Assembly (NCBI GenBank): GCA_050011875.1
Contig: JBEKIG010000003.1
Coordinates: 1-64,000, forward strand
Reading direction: 5' to 3'
Length of the DNA stretch: 64,000 nucleotides
From: Nitrososphaeria archaeon
Lineage (GTDB): Archaea; Thermoproteota; Nitrososphaeria; JACIWG01
Within the stretch, counting starts at the first letter, position 1. Every line of letters starts with the position of its first letter. The notes under the pieces were generated by a model. The model ran no database searches and was not told the origin of the DNA. It saw only the letters and a program-made list of their open reading frames with translations. Positions 29,941 to 40,140 of the stretch are shown one piece after another. The translations under genes were made by a program, and so were the position numbers.

Positions 29941-31509
29941 CTAACCATTTTGAAAACGTGCGATAAGTTTTGATTCATAATCCAGAATAAATTTTAGAAT
30001 TGGCCAAATAATCTTTATCTTTTTAAGCATCATCGTTAGATTTTCTATATCAATCGGATTAATCGCTCTAACTAAAGGCAAAAGAGTCAAGTAAACAAAA
30101 AGAAATAAAAGACTGTTGATCACCAAACTTGTTATATTACTTAATGTTAATTTATTGACTATCAGTAAAACTGGTACAGCCGAAATAAATGATGTCAAGT
30201 ATATTTTTAATGATGCTTTAAAGTCTAAGGTGGTTCCAACTTTCTTTATTGCAATATTTAATTGATATAAAGTAGAAACTAGACCAGAAATGATTCCTGA
30301 TATTATTAAGCCAGGTACGCCATAAAAAATGATTAGGATAAAGGCTAAAGGTAAAAAGACAAAAAAATTTATTGCATTGGCTTTAAAATATATCTTCGTT
30401 TCTCCAATCCCAGTGAACAAATCGATAAAGATAATGCTACCAAAGCCAGCGAAGAAGTAGGTCAAAAGACTAAGTTGAAGGTATAATGGAGCGAGTGGGA
30501 AATCTGGACCATACAAAATCTGGACAATCTGCTTCGAAAGAATTGCTATTATTAGTGCCGATGGAACTACTATCAAAGAAGAATACTTGATTGAGCGTTT
30601 AAAGATTCTTTTAAGTTCGTCGCTGCCGGAACTAACTTTCGAGTATGCAGGGAAGAGCACACCAAATGGAACGGTTAGGATAGTTAGCATTGACAACAAC
30701 AGTGTTGCGACAGCATAGTTCCCGATTTCGGCGTTTGAACAAAAATGAGCTAATATGATTGTCTGAAACGGGGATATTATGAGACCGAACAAACCTGCAG
30801 CGTAGATGGGAATGCCATAGTTAAAAATAACTTTAGAATCGCTTGTTAAGCCATCTTTAGAAGGGTTACCGAGTTTCCTGTAAAATCGCATGAATAGGAG
30901 GCCACCCAAAACGCTGGCGACTATATATGATAAGACATGGCCGGTTAAAGCGCCAAAGATCCCTAGTCCGAGAAGGATAAGTAAAGGTGACAGAGCCGTT
31001 TTTACAGTTGCCTGAATAAAGGATGTTAGAGCTGTTCCCTCCATCTTATCTAACCCCATAAAAGCAGATCCTAGCGAATTGAAAATAGTCTGGAATATAA
31101 TAAGAAGTGATGTAAATTTGATAAAAGGACTTAGTTCAATACGATTCGTAAAATAGATGGCTATGAAATTCGAAAAAACAAAGCATATGCAAAAAACTGT
31201 TACACCTATTATCAGCTTTAAGATAAAACCTGTTTTCAGAATACTGGCTGCAAGATCTTTTTTCCCTTCAGATCTATATTTTGCTGTAAACCTAGTTATA
31301 GCATAGTTTATTCCGAAATCTAAGGAGTTAACTAATAACTGAGGTGCAACTATTGCAAGGGAATAAAGTCCATAGTTATCTTGACCGAGTAATCGAGCAA
31401 TGAGAATTGAGCCGACCGCTAGTATTAAGAGTGAAACGAAACTCCCTGAAAATAGAAAGAAACCGCCTCGAGCTGAATCTTCTGCTATTTCTTTTAGATT
31501 ATCGGACAT
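29941..31509 (-). CDS. Oligosaccharide flippase (Wzx/MOP family)
   Basis: About 14 TM segments; 'ARLLGQDNYGLYS', 'DFGIN.AITRF', 'EIGNYAVA'. Confidence 0.9.
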   Translation of the reverse strand: MSDNLKEIAEDSARGGFFLFSGSFVSLLILAVGSILIARLLGQDNYGLYSLAIVAPQLLVNSLDFGINYAITRFTAKYRSEGKKDLAASILKTGFILKLIIGVTVFCICFVFSNFIAIYFTNRIELSPFIKFTSLLIIFQTIFNSLGSAFMGLDKMEGTALTSFIQATVKTALSPLLILLGLGIFGALTGHVLSYIVASVLGGLLFMRFYRKLGNPSKDGLTSDSKVIFNYGIPIYAAGLFGLIISPFQTIILAHFCSNAEIGNYAVATLLLSMLTILTVPFGVLFPAYSKVSSGSDELKRIFKRSIKYSSLIVVPSALIIAILSKQIVQILYGPDFPLAPLYLQLSLLTYFFAGFGSIIFIDLFTGIGETKIYFKANAINFFVFLPLAFILIIFYGVPGLIISGIISGLVSTLYQLNIAIKKVGTTLDFKASLKIYLTSFISAVPVLLIVNKLTLSNITSLVINSLLFLFVYLTLLPLVRAINPIDIENLTMMLKKIKIIWPILKFILDYESKLIARFQNG

Positions 31510-31688
31510 TGCCTTTCACTCAAATTAAGTAGATGTTTTTTCCAAATGGGTATATAAAGAGACTTAATTTTACCAAATTTTTCTCTTATGATTTCTGAAC
31601 TATTGTCTGTTGGGAAATTAATGGATAATCCACCTAGGCTCTTGATACCATTGCAATTCGGAATAATTACTACCACCTTTGGAGTCAA
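31510..31688 (-). pseudogene. Internally deleted GT2 remnant
   Basis: MTPKVVVIIPNCNG...TDNSSEIIREKF reproduces GT2 N-terminal motifs in a 64-aa ORF. Confidence 0.6.
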
Positions 31689-31698
31689 AGGTTAATTT

Positions 31699-32322
31699 TC
31701 AACTTCGAGTTGTCACAAAGTTTAAAAGTATTTCAGAAGATTCTTCTACGCTTTTTTTTGTCGTATCAAGCTTAAAGGCATTCAAGATTTTGGCTAGTTT
31801 CTCATAAATTATGAGTTGTCTTTGTAGAGAAAGATAGTCAATACCATTTCTTCTTTTAATTAATTCTCTATATTCTGCAGTTATATATATTCTGGCTTTT
31901 GATTTTAAAGCCAAAGCATTTAAAAATCTAGATGAAAAAGACTTACAGTAATTTAGGTCATTGGTTGTTAAAGTAACCCAAACAATAAAATCTGGTACAT
32001 ATCTTTCAGCGATTACTATAAAACCCAGTAAGTTTGGAATGACAAAGCGCAGCAAGATTATTGGAATAACGGAAATAAATTCTATTAATTTCCATATAGG
32101 GAGAAATTTCTTGGGAATAGTTATTTGATAGTAAGGATTATCTTCTCCTTTAAAGATTGCAAATTTTCTAAGAAATCTTGCGATAACAGATGCTATAGTG
32201 TGACTTCCTCTCATCCATGAAAGCTTTGTTTTATACCCTTTACCTTGAAGGTTAGTCGCGAGTGTTCTAGCCAAAGAAGTCTTTCCAGATCCGTCAGGTC
32301 CAAAAAAGCAAATGATCGTCAT
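31699..32322 (-). CDS. Thymidylate-kinase-like P-loop kinase
   Basis: ICFFGPDGSGKTS Walker A; IAERYVPD at the DRY position. Confidence 0.8.
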   Translation of the reverse strand: MTIICFFGPDGSGKTSLARTLATNLQGKGYKTKLSWMRGSHTIASVIARFLRKFAIFKGEDNPYYQITIPKKFLPIWKLIEFISVIPIILLRFVIPNLLGFIVIAERYVPDFIVWVTLTTNDLNYCKSFSSRFLNALALKSKARIYITAEYRELIKRRNGIDYLSLQRQLIIYEKLAKILNAFKLDTTKKSVEESSEILLNFVTTRS

Positions 32323-33128
32323 TTTTTATTCGCATCGTCCTTAACTAGTAAATATTTCCAATTCCTATTTAGGAATTCTATTATAATTTTTTGTATTTCT
32401 TTGATTGTTTTATTGTCAATTCTAAGATAGAGAAGTTTGGAACAAAGTTTCTTTGAAATATTCAAAAGAACCGAACGTTGCATACCAATATAGTCAGGAG
32501 CAATTAATATATTCGTATAAAGTTCAGCACGGATATTCCTATTCATCCAATGCGTTAGGAGATCTTTTGTGTTCGTATCAAGGAAAATGATCAAATAAGA
32601 TCCACCTAAATAGGATAGTTTTTGCATATAATTTATCGCAAAAGAAAGATCCTTAATAGGATATCCAATTGACCTTGCAAGGTACATATAATCTGATATT
32701 GCTGCCGGAAAATATTCCTCCACTATAACTATCCTTCCCCTCTTAATTGGGATAAAGATTTTTAAAAAGAAGAGGATGGACAGGCTTATTAAGTCAAGTG
32801 TTAACCATAACCTTAAAATTTTTTTCGTAAGTTCAGGTTTATTTTCTATTAATGTACGTATTGGGTAAGAATGTTCTTTATCCTTAACTAGCAGTTCAAC
32901 TAAAAAGATATTTAAAAGATATGCTAACAGATGATTGGTTTTCAGGAAAGTTTTCCGAACCTTAAATCCATCAGATTTGAGTCTTGACTCAAGAAGTCGT
33001 ATCTGAGTCGATTTTCCAACTCCTACTGTTCCAAGAAAGACTAAGACAGACATCTTATCAATAACATTTCCGGTTGTTCTAATTTTCAAGGAGAATCTTA
33101 GATAATTTCTGCACGATAGAATCTTCAT
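32319..33128 (-). CDS. Thymidylate-kinase-like P-loop protein (divergent paralog)
   Basis: VFLGTVGVGKSTQ Walker A; IVEEY at the DRY position; true start probably near 33053. Confidence 0.75.
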   Translation of the reverse strand: MKILSCRNYLRFSLKIRTTGNVIDKMSVLVFLGTVGVGKSTQIRLLESRLKSDGFKVRKTFLKTNHLLAYLLNIFLVELLVKDKEHSYPIRTLIENKPELTKKILRLWLTLDLISLSILFFLKIFIPIKRGRIVIVEEYFPAAISDYMYLARSIGYPIKDLSFAINYMQKLSYLGGSYLIIFLDTNTKDLLTHWMNRNIRAELYTNILIAPDYIGMQRSVLLNISKKLCSKLLYLRIDNKTIKEIQKIIIEFLNRNWKYLLVKDDANKK

Positions 33129-34311
33129 TGAACCTTTCCAATGTTGAATTTCTGAGACTTAAGCCAATATTGGAAAGTTGTTCTCCAGACAATGGAAGTA
33201 CATATTCAACTTTATCTACTAATCCATTTAAATTGTCAGGTTTAAAAACCATTTTTTCTGCAAAAGTTCCCTGGACAATTTCTGGAATACCTCCTACTTC
33301 AGAGACTATGGGAATAGTTCCCTTTAACATCGATTCTAGAACAGTATAAGATAAGGGTTCTTCCCAAATCGAAGTAAATAGTAATGCATTACTTATAGAA
33401 TATAGTTTCGACATTTCTTCTCCATTTATTCGATCGAAAATTGATAACCTTCCTTCAAGTACTTTATCGCTCAATTTCAACAAAGTATCTTTTGCTTTTA
33501 AGTTAAAGGTATAGTTTGTGGTTGCAAGAAATAATTTCGTTTTCTTATGTTTTCCAAATACTTTTCCAAATGCGTTTAGAACCAAATGGAAGCCCTTAAA
33601 GTATCGATCACCACCCAAGTACAGGAATGCTGGATTTTCTATCTTTTTTTCAATTAAAGGGATATGTGGCAACGGGTTATAGGCAACTTTGATCTTGTTT
33701 TGAATTTCAGGTAGAACTAATCCAACAATCTGGCCTTGTCTTTTTGAAACACAAATCACTTTATCGGCGCCCATTATCCATAGTTTACTTAATCTATTAA
33801 TTGGGGTCATAGAAGATGAGAGCAGCGCTTTGTATACATTATGCTTTTCAAGAATTTCGAATTCCATGCTTCTCCTAATATCATCTAATAATCCAAATTT
33901 AAAGTCTGATGCTGTACGACTAAAGACACCTGCACAATACGTAATAGGCTGGTAGTCATGAAGATGAACTAAAACTTTCTTGCCAAGTTTCTTTGCATTT
34001 GGAACAAGAGGATAAGCAAGTCTTGGTATATATGTGATATCATTGTTTTTTATAATTTTATTGAAAGAACCCAGTTTACTTGCTGTCATTAGATTTCTCC
34101 ATAAGTGTATCTTCGTTGGAGTGTCTAAAATATCTGAGTAAATAAAATTGGCACCATCTGTCTTGTATGGTTCTTTTGTTCCTGTCAGTACAGTAATTTT
34201 TAAGTCATTGTTTGTCGCACTCAACAAGCTAAGTATTAAATAAGTGGCAAACTCAGCCCCTCCACCTTGCGGCCAATACTTTTCAGAAATTACAAGAATT
34301 TTGGTAGTCAT
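33079..34311 (-). CDS. Glycosyltransferase GT4
   Basis: YWPQGGGAE, HLHDY, KG, SIWEEPLSYTVLES, VGGIPE. Confidence 0.9.
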   Translation of the reverse strand: MTTKILVISEKYWPQGGGAEFATYLILSLLSATNNDLKITVLTGTKEPYKTDGANFIYSDILDTPTKIHLWRNLMTASKLGSFNKIIKNNDITYIPRLAYPLVPNAKKLGKKVLVHLHDYQPITYCAGVFSRTASDFKFGLLDDIRRSMEFEILEKHNVYKALLSSSMTPINRLSKLWIMGADKVICVSKRQGQIVGLVLPEIQNKIKVAYNPLPHIPLIEKKIENPAFLYLGGDRYFKGFHLVLNAFGKVFGKHKKTKLFLATTNYTFNLKAKDTLLKLSDKVLEGRLSIFDRINGEEMSKLYSISNALLFTSIWEEPLSYTVLESMLKGTIPIVSEVGGIPEIVQGTFAEKMVFKPDNLNGLVDKVEYVLPLSGEQLSNIGLSLRNSTLERFNEDSIVQKLSKILLEN

Positions 34312-34321
34312 CTAAATCATT

Positions 34322-36108
34322 TCAATTAATTTCACAATATCTTTTTCTTCTTGCCCATCGTAAGCAATATGAGCACGGTATATTTATCGCCGTTCCTATC
34401 TCATATGCAAAGATAGTCGGTGAAGACAGGATGACTCCTGTCAAAATGGGTGCTAATACTTTTACAAAACCTGAAATAGAAGTAGCAGAAGTTGTAGATG
34501 ATGATGAAGTTGAAGTACTTACAGTTATTGCACTTGACCACAATTCAACATCTGATTCTGCTGTATTTCTCATATAGAGCCTACCCTCTATGACATATGT
34601 TCCAGCTTTTGGAGGAGTCCATATCCAACTATAACTTGTTGGTACATTTATTGCTGGAGGAAGACCTTGTGGTGGACCCTTCGCACCTGAAGCCGTCATA
34701 TTATACCAATAAACTCCTACACCTAAAGTATTATTAACATAATAACTTAAATCAAAATATTGAAGAGCAATATTTGGACCCGTGCATACTCCTGTAACTG
34801 TCACATTAAATGTTGATTGTGAAAGTTGTTTAACCATTACTTTTACAAAACCTGAAATAGAAGTAGCAGAAGTTGTAGACGATGTTGAAGTTGAAGTAGT
34901 CGAAGTTGAAGTAGTCGAAGTTGAAGTTTTCGGAGTAGTTGAAGTAGTCGAAGTTGAAGTTTTCGGAGTAGTTGAAGTAGTCGAAGTTGAAGTTTTCGGA
35001 GTAGTTGAAGTAGTCGAAGTTGATCAAAGGAGTAGTTCCCTGAAAGGAGAACGTTGTTGAGATATACTCTTGTAGGTTTTCCTTGATTACCGCACCAAAC
35101 TTTAACTAGATAACTATTACCATTTAGACCGGTGACATTAAATCCCGCAATATTATTGTTCAAAGAAATTATCGTTAAGTTGTCAGATGTCTCCCAACCT
35201 ATGTTTGGAGAAAACGCCTGCAGTGTTGAGAGATGCCAAAATCTTATCGAATCACTATTTAGGTATGTGAAATTATCAAAGTATATAGTGGAAGGAGAAA
35301 ATCTTATTGCTGCACCGTTCTGTAACTGAAAATAGTAGATTGAAGTGTCTAAGCTGTAAACATAGGCTGCCGTAGTTGTGATTGTCGATTTCACTGCGTC
35401 TAACATTTCAACCCAATTGGAATTAGCTGAGGTAAAATTCGCTTGATAAGTTCCCGTTGACGATACAATACGATATTCTGAAGTCATTGTATCATAAGAA
35501 TCCATATGAACTATTGATGTAAAAGGTGATACTGCAGCCAAGTTAGTTAATCCGCCAGGACGACCTTCAACGTCTGCAATAAGCATGTCATTGGCATTTG
35601 TTGTAGCTTTTTGGGCGTAAACTGGATTAGACGAAGTTCCACTAGTTTTAATGGTTGAACCATCGAAAGGAGATGTTGTATTGGCATTTAAAATATCATA
35701 AAGTATCATTCCAAAATACTCATAACTCGAACTGGATGTGACATCAAAACCTATCGCACCATGCGATGACCAAACAGCGTAATATCTGTAAACATTATAA
35801 CTGCCTGAAGAAGTTGAATTTTTTAAAGTTACAGTAATACCCTTATTATCTGTGACTGATGTAATTGTTTTCCCATAGGAACCTATATCCAATATTATAA
35901 GAGCATTATTTGCAGTCGTATTTAATCCGATTACATAACTTTTTGTATTACAAGTATCTTTTGAATTAATCTTGTCAAGAACAATAACGCCTGTGGCGTG
36001 AACTACATTTTCTCCGAAAAACAATGAAAAAGAAGTTAACATCGTTAAAACGAAAATGGACACTAAAACAATAGATACAGTTTTCTTATATCCTAACTTT
36101 CTAAGCAT
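34322..36108 (-). pseudogene. Frameshifted modular surface protein (signal, domain A, domain B, Thr repeat, Ig/PKD-like domain, anchor)
   Basis: ORF 34843-36108 enters the Thr repeat out of frame after GNYSFD. The other frame reads STSTTSTTPK...SISGFVKVMVKQ into ORF 34322-34837. The anchor carries a further 1-nt deletion relative to 1699-1812. Confidence 0.8.
34911..35023. repeat. 33-bp perfect tandem repeat, 3.4 copies
   Basis: gtagtcgaagttgaagttttcggagtagttgaa at 34911, 34944 and 34977 plus a partial copy; encodes TSTSTTSTTPK. Confidence 0.95.
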
Positions 36109-36132
36109 GCCAATTACACTAACTGAAATAAA

Positions 36133-36228
36133 TATATTTAAACTTTTTATTAAGTTTATTTAAACCTTTCTAAAAAATTTCACCAATTTCTTCATTTTTT
36201 ATTGTGAAAATTTATCAACTAACTATTT
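36133..36228 (-). promoter_or_regulatory. 96-bp promoter block, copy 2
   Basis: Near-identical to 22403-22498; lies directly upstream of the 36108 start. Confidence 0.8.
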
Positions 36229-36432
36229 GGAATAATCTCATAGACATGACTACGGTCCTGCAGATACTGATAGTCTAATCTCTAGTATTTAAAGAACGTA
36301 GAGAATAATACAAATTGAGACCCAAATCCAAAAAATTTTTCTAAAATAGCACTTTGAGGATGATTTTCGAGTTCTGTCCTTCTGGTTTTACCAAGTTAAA
36401 CGCCTTTTGGACACTACTAGTTAAACTTACTA

Positions 36433-37446
36433 TTATGGTATGAAATGGTATCTTTGCAGTATCTTCTTTGGCCTTATTAGTCCATACTTAAACGATGCCA
36501 ATTTCCTTTGATCAAATGTATATGGCGGAATTCTACCTAGTTTATATAGATTCAAAGAATTCGTATTATTTACAAAGTTTTCCATCGTTACCGCAGCACT
36601 AAATCCTACTTTTTTCAAGCAATCCACAACCCCCTCACTATATGTCCCAAAAGGATATGCAAATGTCATAAATTGTGATCTACTGTACTCTCTTACGAAA
36701 GAGTATGCTTCATAGAGTTCGTTTTGAAGTCTATCCGAAGCAAGTATGGGTAGGCTGACATGACAAAATCCATGACCGCCTATTTCAATGCCATATTCAA
36801 CCATTTCCTTAAGTTCATCGTGGTTAAGCATAATTGGTAACTCTAAGGCTTTGGAAACATCGATACCTGAAGTATCCACTAGTTTTTTTATGAATAAATT
36901 TATACCTTCGATGTCTTCATTCAATAGTTTATTGATAAAATTTTGCTTAACTCTAATCTTATCGTTTATACTGTATATTATGGAAGTCCCAAATTGTGCG
37001 AGGTCTAGCTTTGTGGGTATATCCAAATGGTCGATTATAAATGCCAATTGCTCATACCATGGAATGGTCTTATACTTCACAAAGCTTGAGGGGACAAAGA
37101 CTGTACATCTAATGCCATATTTACGCATTATTGGGAAAGCATACTTGTATACGCCTACATATCCATCGTCGAAGGTCAGAACTGCGATTCTCTTAGGTGA
37201 TTCACCTCGACGGATCAAGCATAAAGCTTCTCCTAGTGGCAGTATCGAGTAGCCAACTTTCTTTAGATACTTTATTTGCATTTCAAGTATCTGACTTGGT
37301 AAAGGCTTCTCTTGCAACCAAGAGATTTCATTTTTTCCAATATTATGATACATCACAATAGCTAATGGGTCAATAGGGAAAAATTTGGCGAAATGATCAA
37401 TAATACCCGCCTTATCGAATAAGATTAAAAAGGAGCTTAAGCTCAT
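36433..37446 (-). CDS. Polysaccharide deacetylase (CE4/NodB)
   Basis: MYHNI, LTFDDGY, IGGHG..H..L, FAYPFG. Confidence 0.92.
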   Translation of the reverse strand: MSLSSFLILFDKAGIIDHFAKFFPIDPLAIVMYHNIGKNEISWLQEKPLPSQILEMQIKYLKKVGYSILPLGEALCLIRRGESPKRIAVLTFDDGYVGVYKYAFPIMRKYGIRCTVFVPSSFVKYKTIPWYEQLAFIIDHLDIPTKLDLAQFGTSIIYSINDKIRVKQNFINKLLNEDIEGINLFIKKLVDTSGIDVSKALELPIMLNHDELKEMVEYGIEIGGHGFCHVSLPILASDRLQNELYEAYSFVREYSRSQFMTFAYPFGTYSEGVVDCLKKVGFSAAVTMENFVNNTNSLNLYKLGRIPPYTFDQRKLASFKYGLIRPKKILQRYHFIP

Positions 37447-37578
37447 AAAAAATTATAGATAGCTTTCATTTGCCTTTTTTCTTGTAAATTTTAATCTTCA
37501 ACTGGTTCATTTTATATTTTTTTCTTATATCGTCTATCAAAATTTTCAGGTAAGAAGCTTTAAATGAAGAATTCCTAA

Positions 37579-37633
37579 AACCCTTTTTTCCATCATATCA
37601 TCAATAAGTTACTACTATGCAATTATAACTTTT
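37579..37633 (-). repeat. Orphan promoter plus start-codon stub, copy 2
   Basis: Near-identical to 22524-22577; the ATG ATG GAA AAA frame stops after 16 codons. Confidence 0.75.
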
Positions 37634-37796
37634 ATGGTATCGTCTTTAGAAATCTTCGCGAGAATATCTTGCAACAAATAAAAAATAAAAGGGACAATGG
37701 GAGGGAATACTCTAAGACCATATTTCCTTAGAACGTCTTCATGAAAGAAAACAGAGTTTGTCACAATATTAGTAGAAGGAGGATTCTTTTTCAAAT

Positions 37797-38996
37797 TTAA
37801 TAATTCATCACATTTCGGTAAATAGTTTGAATTTGTTCCGCATATAGGTGTGGTCCCAATTTTTTCTCAGCAAAGGCTCTTCCCCTTAGGCCTAGTTCTT
37901 TAGAAAATCCTTCATTTTCCACAATAGAGGTTATACTTTTGGTAAATTTATTGACGTCAAAAGGACTAACTGCAAACCCTGCTCCAGAGTCTTCTATCAT
38001 CTCTTTAACTCCTCCGACGGCAAAACCTATGACAGGTTTTCCTAAAGAGAACGCTTCAGCAACCGTATATCCGAATGCTTCGAACCCTAGAACAGGCATA
38101 ATTACAGCTCTGCATCTGCTAATAATCTCAACCTTTTCTTTGGATACAAAGCCATGATATATTATATTTTTATATTCTCTGGAGCTTTTTCTTACTTCTT
38201 CCTCTAATAGTCCTGCTCCCATGACATTAAAGGTTGTCTCTGGCAATCTCTGAGCCATATCTGATAGAAGATGAACACCCTTCTGATAATTTAATCTAGC
38301 ACAGAAAGCAACTGCATTCCTTCCTCCATATTTGGGCTCCATGTTGATTAACTCCTCAGGAATAAGATTTGGCAGTGTATAGATTCTTTTAAGCTTCAGA
38401 CTTTGTTCAATGGATTTAGCAAGCGACTTGCAAGGAGATATGACCGCTTTAGAGTTGCGAAGCAAAGAACGGAGGGAATAATGTAAATTGATTCCGTCAA
38501 TTAATCTGCTTACCTTATTTTCTTTATACAATTCAGCAACTTTCATTAAGCATCTAATACAATGTGTTTGCACACCCAAATTGCTACATATAATTTGTTC
38601 TGGAAGCTTAACTGCCCACCCGCTAGGGCATACATACATCCAACTGTGGACCGTGGTTACAATGGGGATATCCATCTTCTTTGCGACATTGACTATGTTT
38701 CTAGGATATCTAGCATTAGCTACGTTAACATGGATGATATCCGGTTTTTCATCTTTCAGGACCTCTTCAAGTTTTTGCCTTAAAATTTCATCTCTAAAAT
38801 CTCTTATAATAGGCGTCTTCAAACCGATTATGCCAACTATTCTATTATCTTCAGATGAACTGCCAAGTAAAATCCTAATCGCCTTATTCCCCAATATATC
38901 TTCATTTACTTTAGCTAGAAGTTCAACATAAAGTTCTTTGCCAAAAAGGCCTTTCCCAGAACCAAACCCAGAATCATCTATGACAGCAATTTTCAT
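37797..38996 (-). CDS. Glycosyltransferase GT4
   Basis: KPDIIH, RLNYQKG, EAFGYTVAEAFSLGKPVI, VGGVKE. Confidence 0.92.
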   Translation of the reverse strand: MKIAVIDDSGFGSGKGLFGKELYVELLAKVNEDILGNKAIRILLGSSSEDNRIVGIIGLKTPIIRDFRDEILRQKLEEVLKDEKPDIIHVNVANARYPRNIVNVAKKMDIPIVTTVHSWMYVCPSGWAVKLPEQIICSNLGVQTHCIRCLMKVAELYKENKVSRLIDGINLHYSLRSLLRNSKAVISPCKSLAKSIEQSLKLKRIYTLPNLIPEELINMEPKYGGRNAVAFCARLNYQKGVHLLSDMAQRLPETTFNVMGAGLLEEEVRKSSREYKNIIYHGFVSKEKVEIISRCRAVIMPVLGFEAFGYTVAEAFSLGKPVIGFAVGGVKEMIEDSGAGFAVSPFDVNKFTKSITSIVENEGFSKELGLRGRAFAEKKLGPHLYAEQIQTIYRNVMNY

Positions 38997-39003
38997 TTTT
39001 GTC

Positions 39004-40140
39004 TTATGCCTTAATTTTATTTACTATAAAACCTATTAATGTCAGATAAGTTCTTAAAGATCTTATTAGGAACATAAGAATAGGGAATGCTATTCTTTGA
39101 AGTCGCGAAAACACTCTATAATACCCTTTGTACCAATTATGTAGAACAATGACTGAGCCTAACGATAGGGTATAGGTTACAAAATAGAACCAGCCTTTGA
39201 TGAATAAAGCTATCAATATCATAGGATTGGTGAAATAGAATAAGTATTCGAGCAATTGAGTTGTTGGACTCACTTTTAGAACCTGAATCATACTCCACCA
39301 GTTCGCTTTGATGTACTGTCTGATATATTTCTTAATATACCCCGGAAAAAGTGAAAAATTTTCTCCTTCGAGCACTGTTCCTTTTTTATTTTTAGAGTCA
39401 ACATCTCTTCCCTCTAAGTGTACCTGCGTTATCGTTCCATCGACTATCATCGTATAACCATTCTTTCTCATTCTACTTCCAAGTTCCCAGTCCTCATGTA
39501 TTGAAAGAGGTAATCCCATGTCTTCCCTAAAGAAACCAATTTTCGTTAGAACATCTTTTCTATAAGCAGTAACCAATAAAGCAGAGGAAATTGTTGTTTT
39601 TATTCCTAAGTATTTCATATGATTTAACTTATATTTCATTGATATTTTATTGATCCCTTCTGGGACACAAGGGAAAGTGACTGCAGCCACCTTACTATCT
39701 TCTGAAAATATGTTTAATGCATGTTCCAATGTCAAGGGATGTACTTTGACATCGTCTGGGAGTACCAGTTGTATCTCTCCTTTACTTTCGTTTATACCTT
39801 TATTCCAGGCTTTGGTTGCTATGTTTTCTTCTATATATAGAACTCGAATGTTGGAGAAAAGATTTGGATTCATTTCCAAAAATCCTTTAATCGCAGTTTG
39901 TGATTCGTTATCATTAAAATCACAAACTATTAGCATTTCCAAGCTCTTAGGATCGTACTCGATCGACGCCAATGATTCTAATGTCCTTATCAAAGTATCG
40001 CTACTATGATATGTTCTTATGATCAAGGAGACAAATGGAATCCAATTCTTTAGAGGTTTACCCATGTTGTTCAAATCAAATAACATAGTTGTTGGAAGAC
40101 TGCCTCGGTAGATTTGATGATATCGTATAATATGCATCAA
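39004..40140 (-). CDS. Glycosyltransferase GT2 with C-terminal TMs
   Basis: VSLIIRTY, LPDD, HEDWELG; paralog of 40810-41937; real start probably near 40068-40088. Confidence 0.88.
   Translation of the reverse strand: MMHIIRYHQIYRGSLPTTMLFDLNNMGKPLKNWIPFVSLIIRTYHSSDTLIRTLESLASIEYDPKSLEMLIVCDFNDNESQTAIKGFLEMNPNLFSNIRVLYIEENIATKAWNKGINESKGEIQLVLPDDVKVHPLTLEHALNIFSEDSKVAAVTFPCVPEGINKISMKYKLNHMKYLGIKTTISSALLVTAYRKDVLTKIGFFREDMGLPLSIHEDWELGSRMRKNGYTMIVDGTITQVHLEGRDVDSKNKKGTVLEGENFSLFPGYIKKYIRQYIKANWWSMIQVLKVSPTTQLLEYLFYFTNPMILIALFIKGWFYFVTYTLSLGSVIVLHNWYKGYYRVFSRLQRIAFPILMFLIRSLRTYLTLIGFIVNKIKA

Noticed and set aside
34843-35025. Leucine-zipper-like LRLLQLLRKLQ tail and the FDYFNYSEN repeat ORF
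   Set aside because: Both are alternative-frame readings of the Thr/Ser linker repeat.
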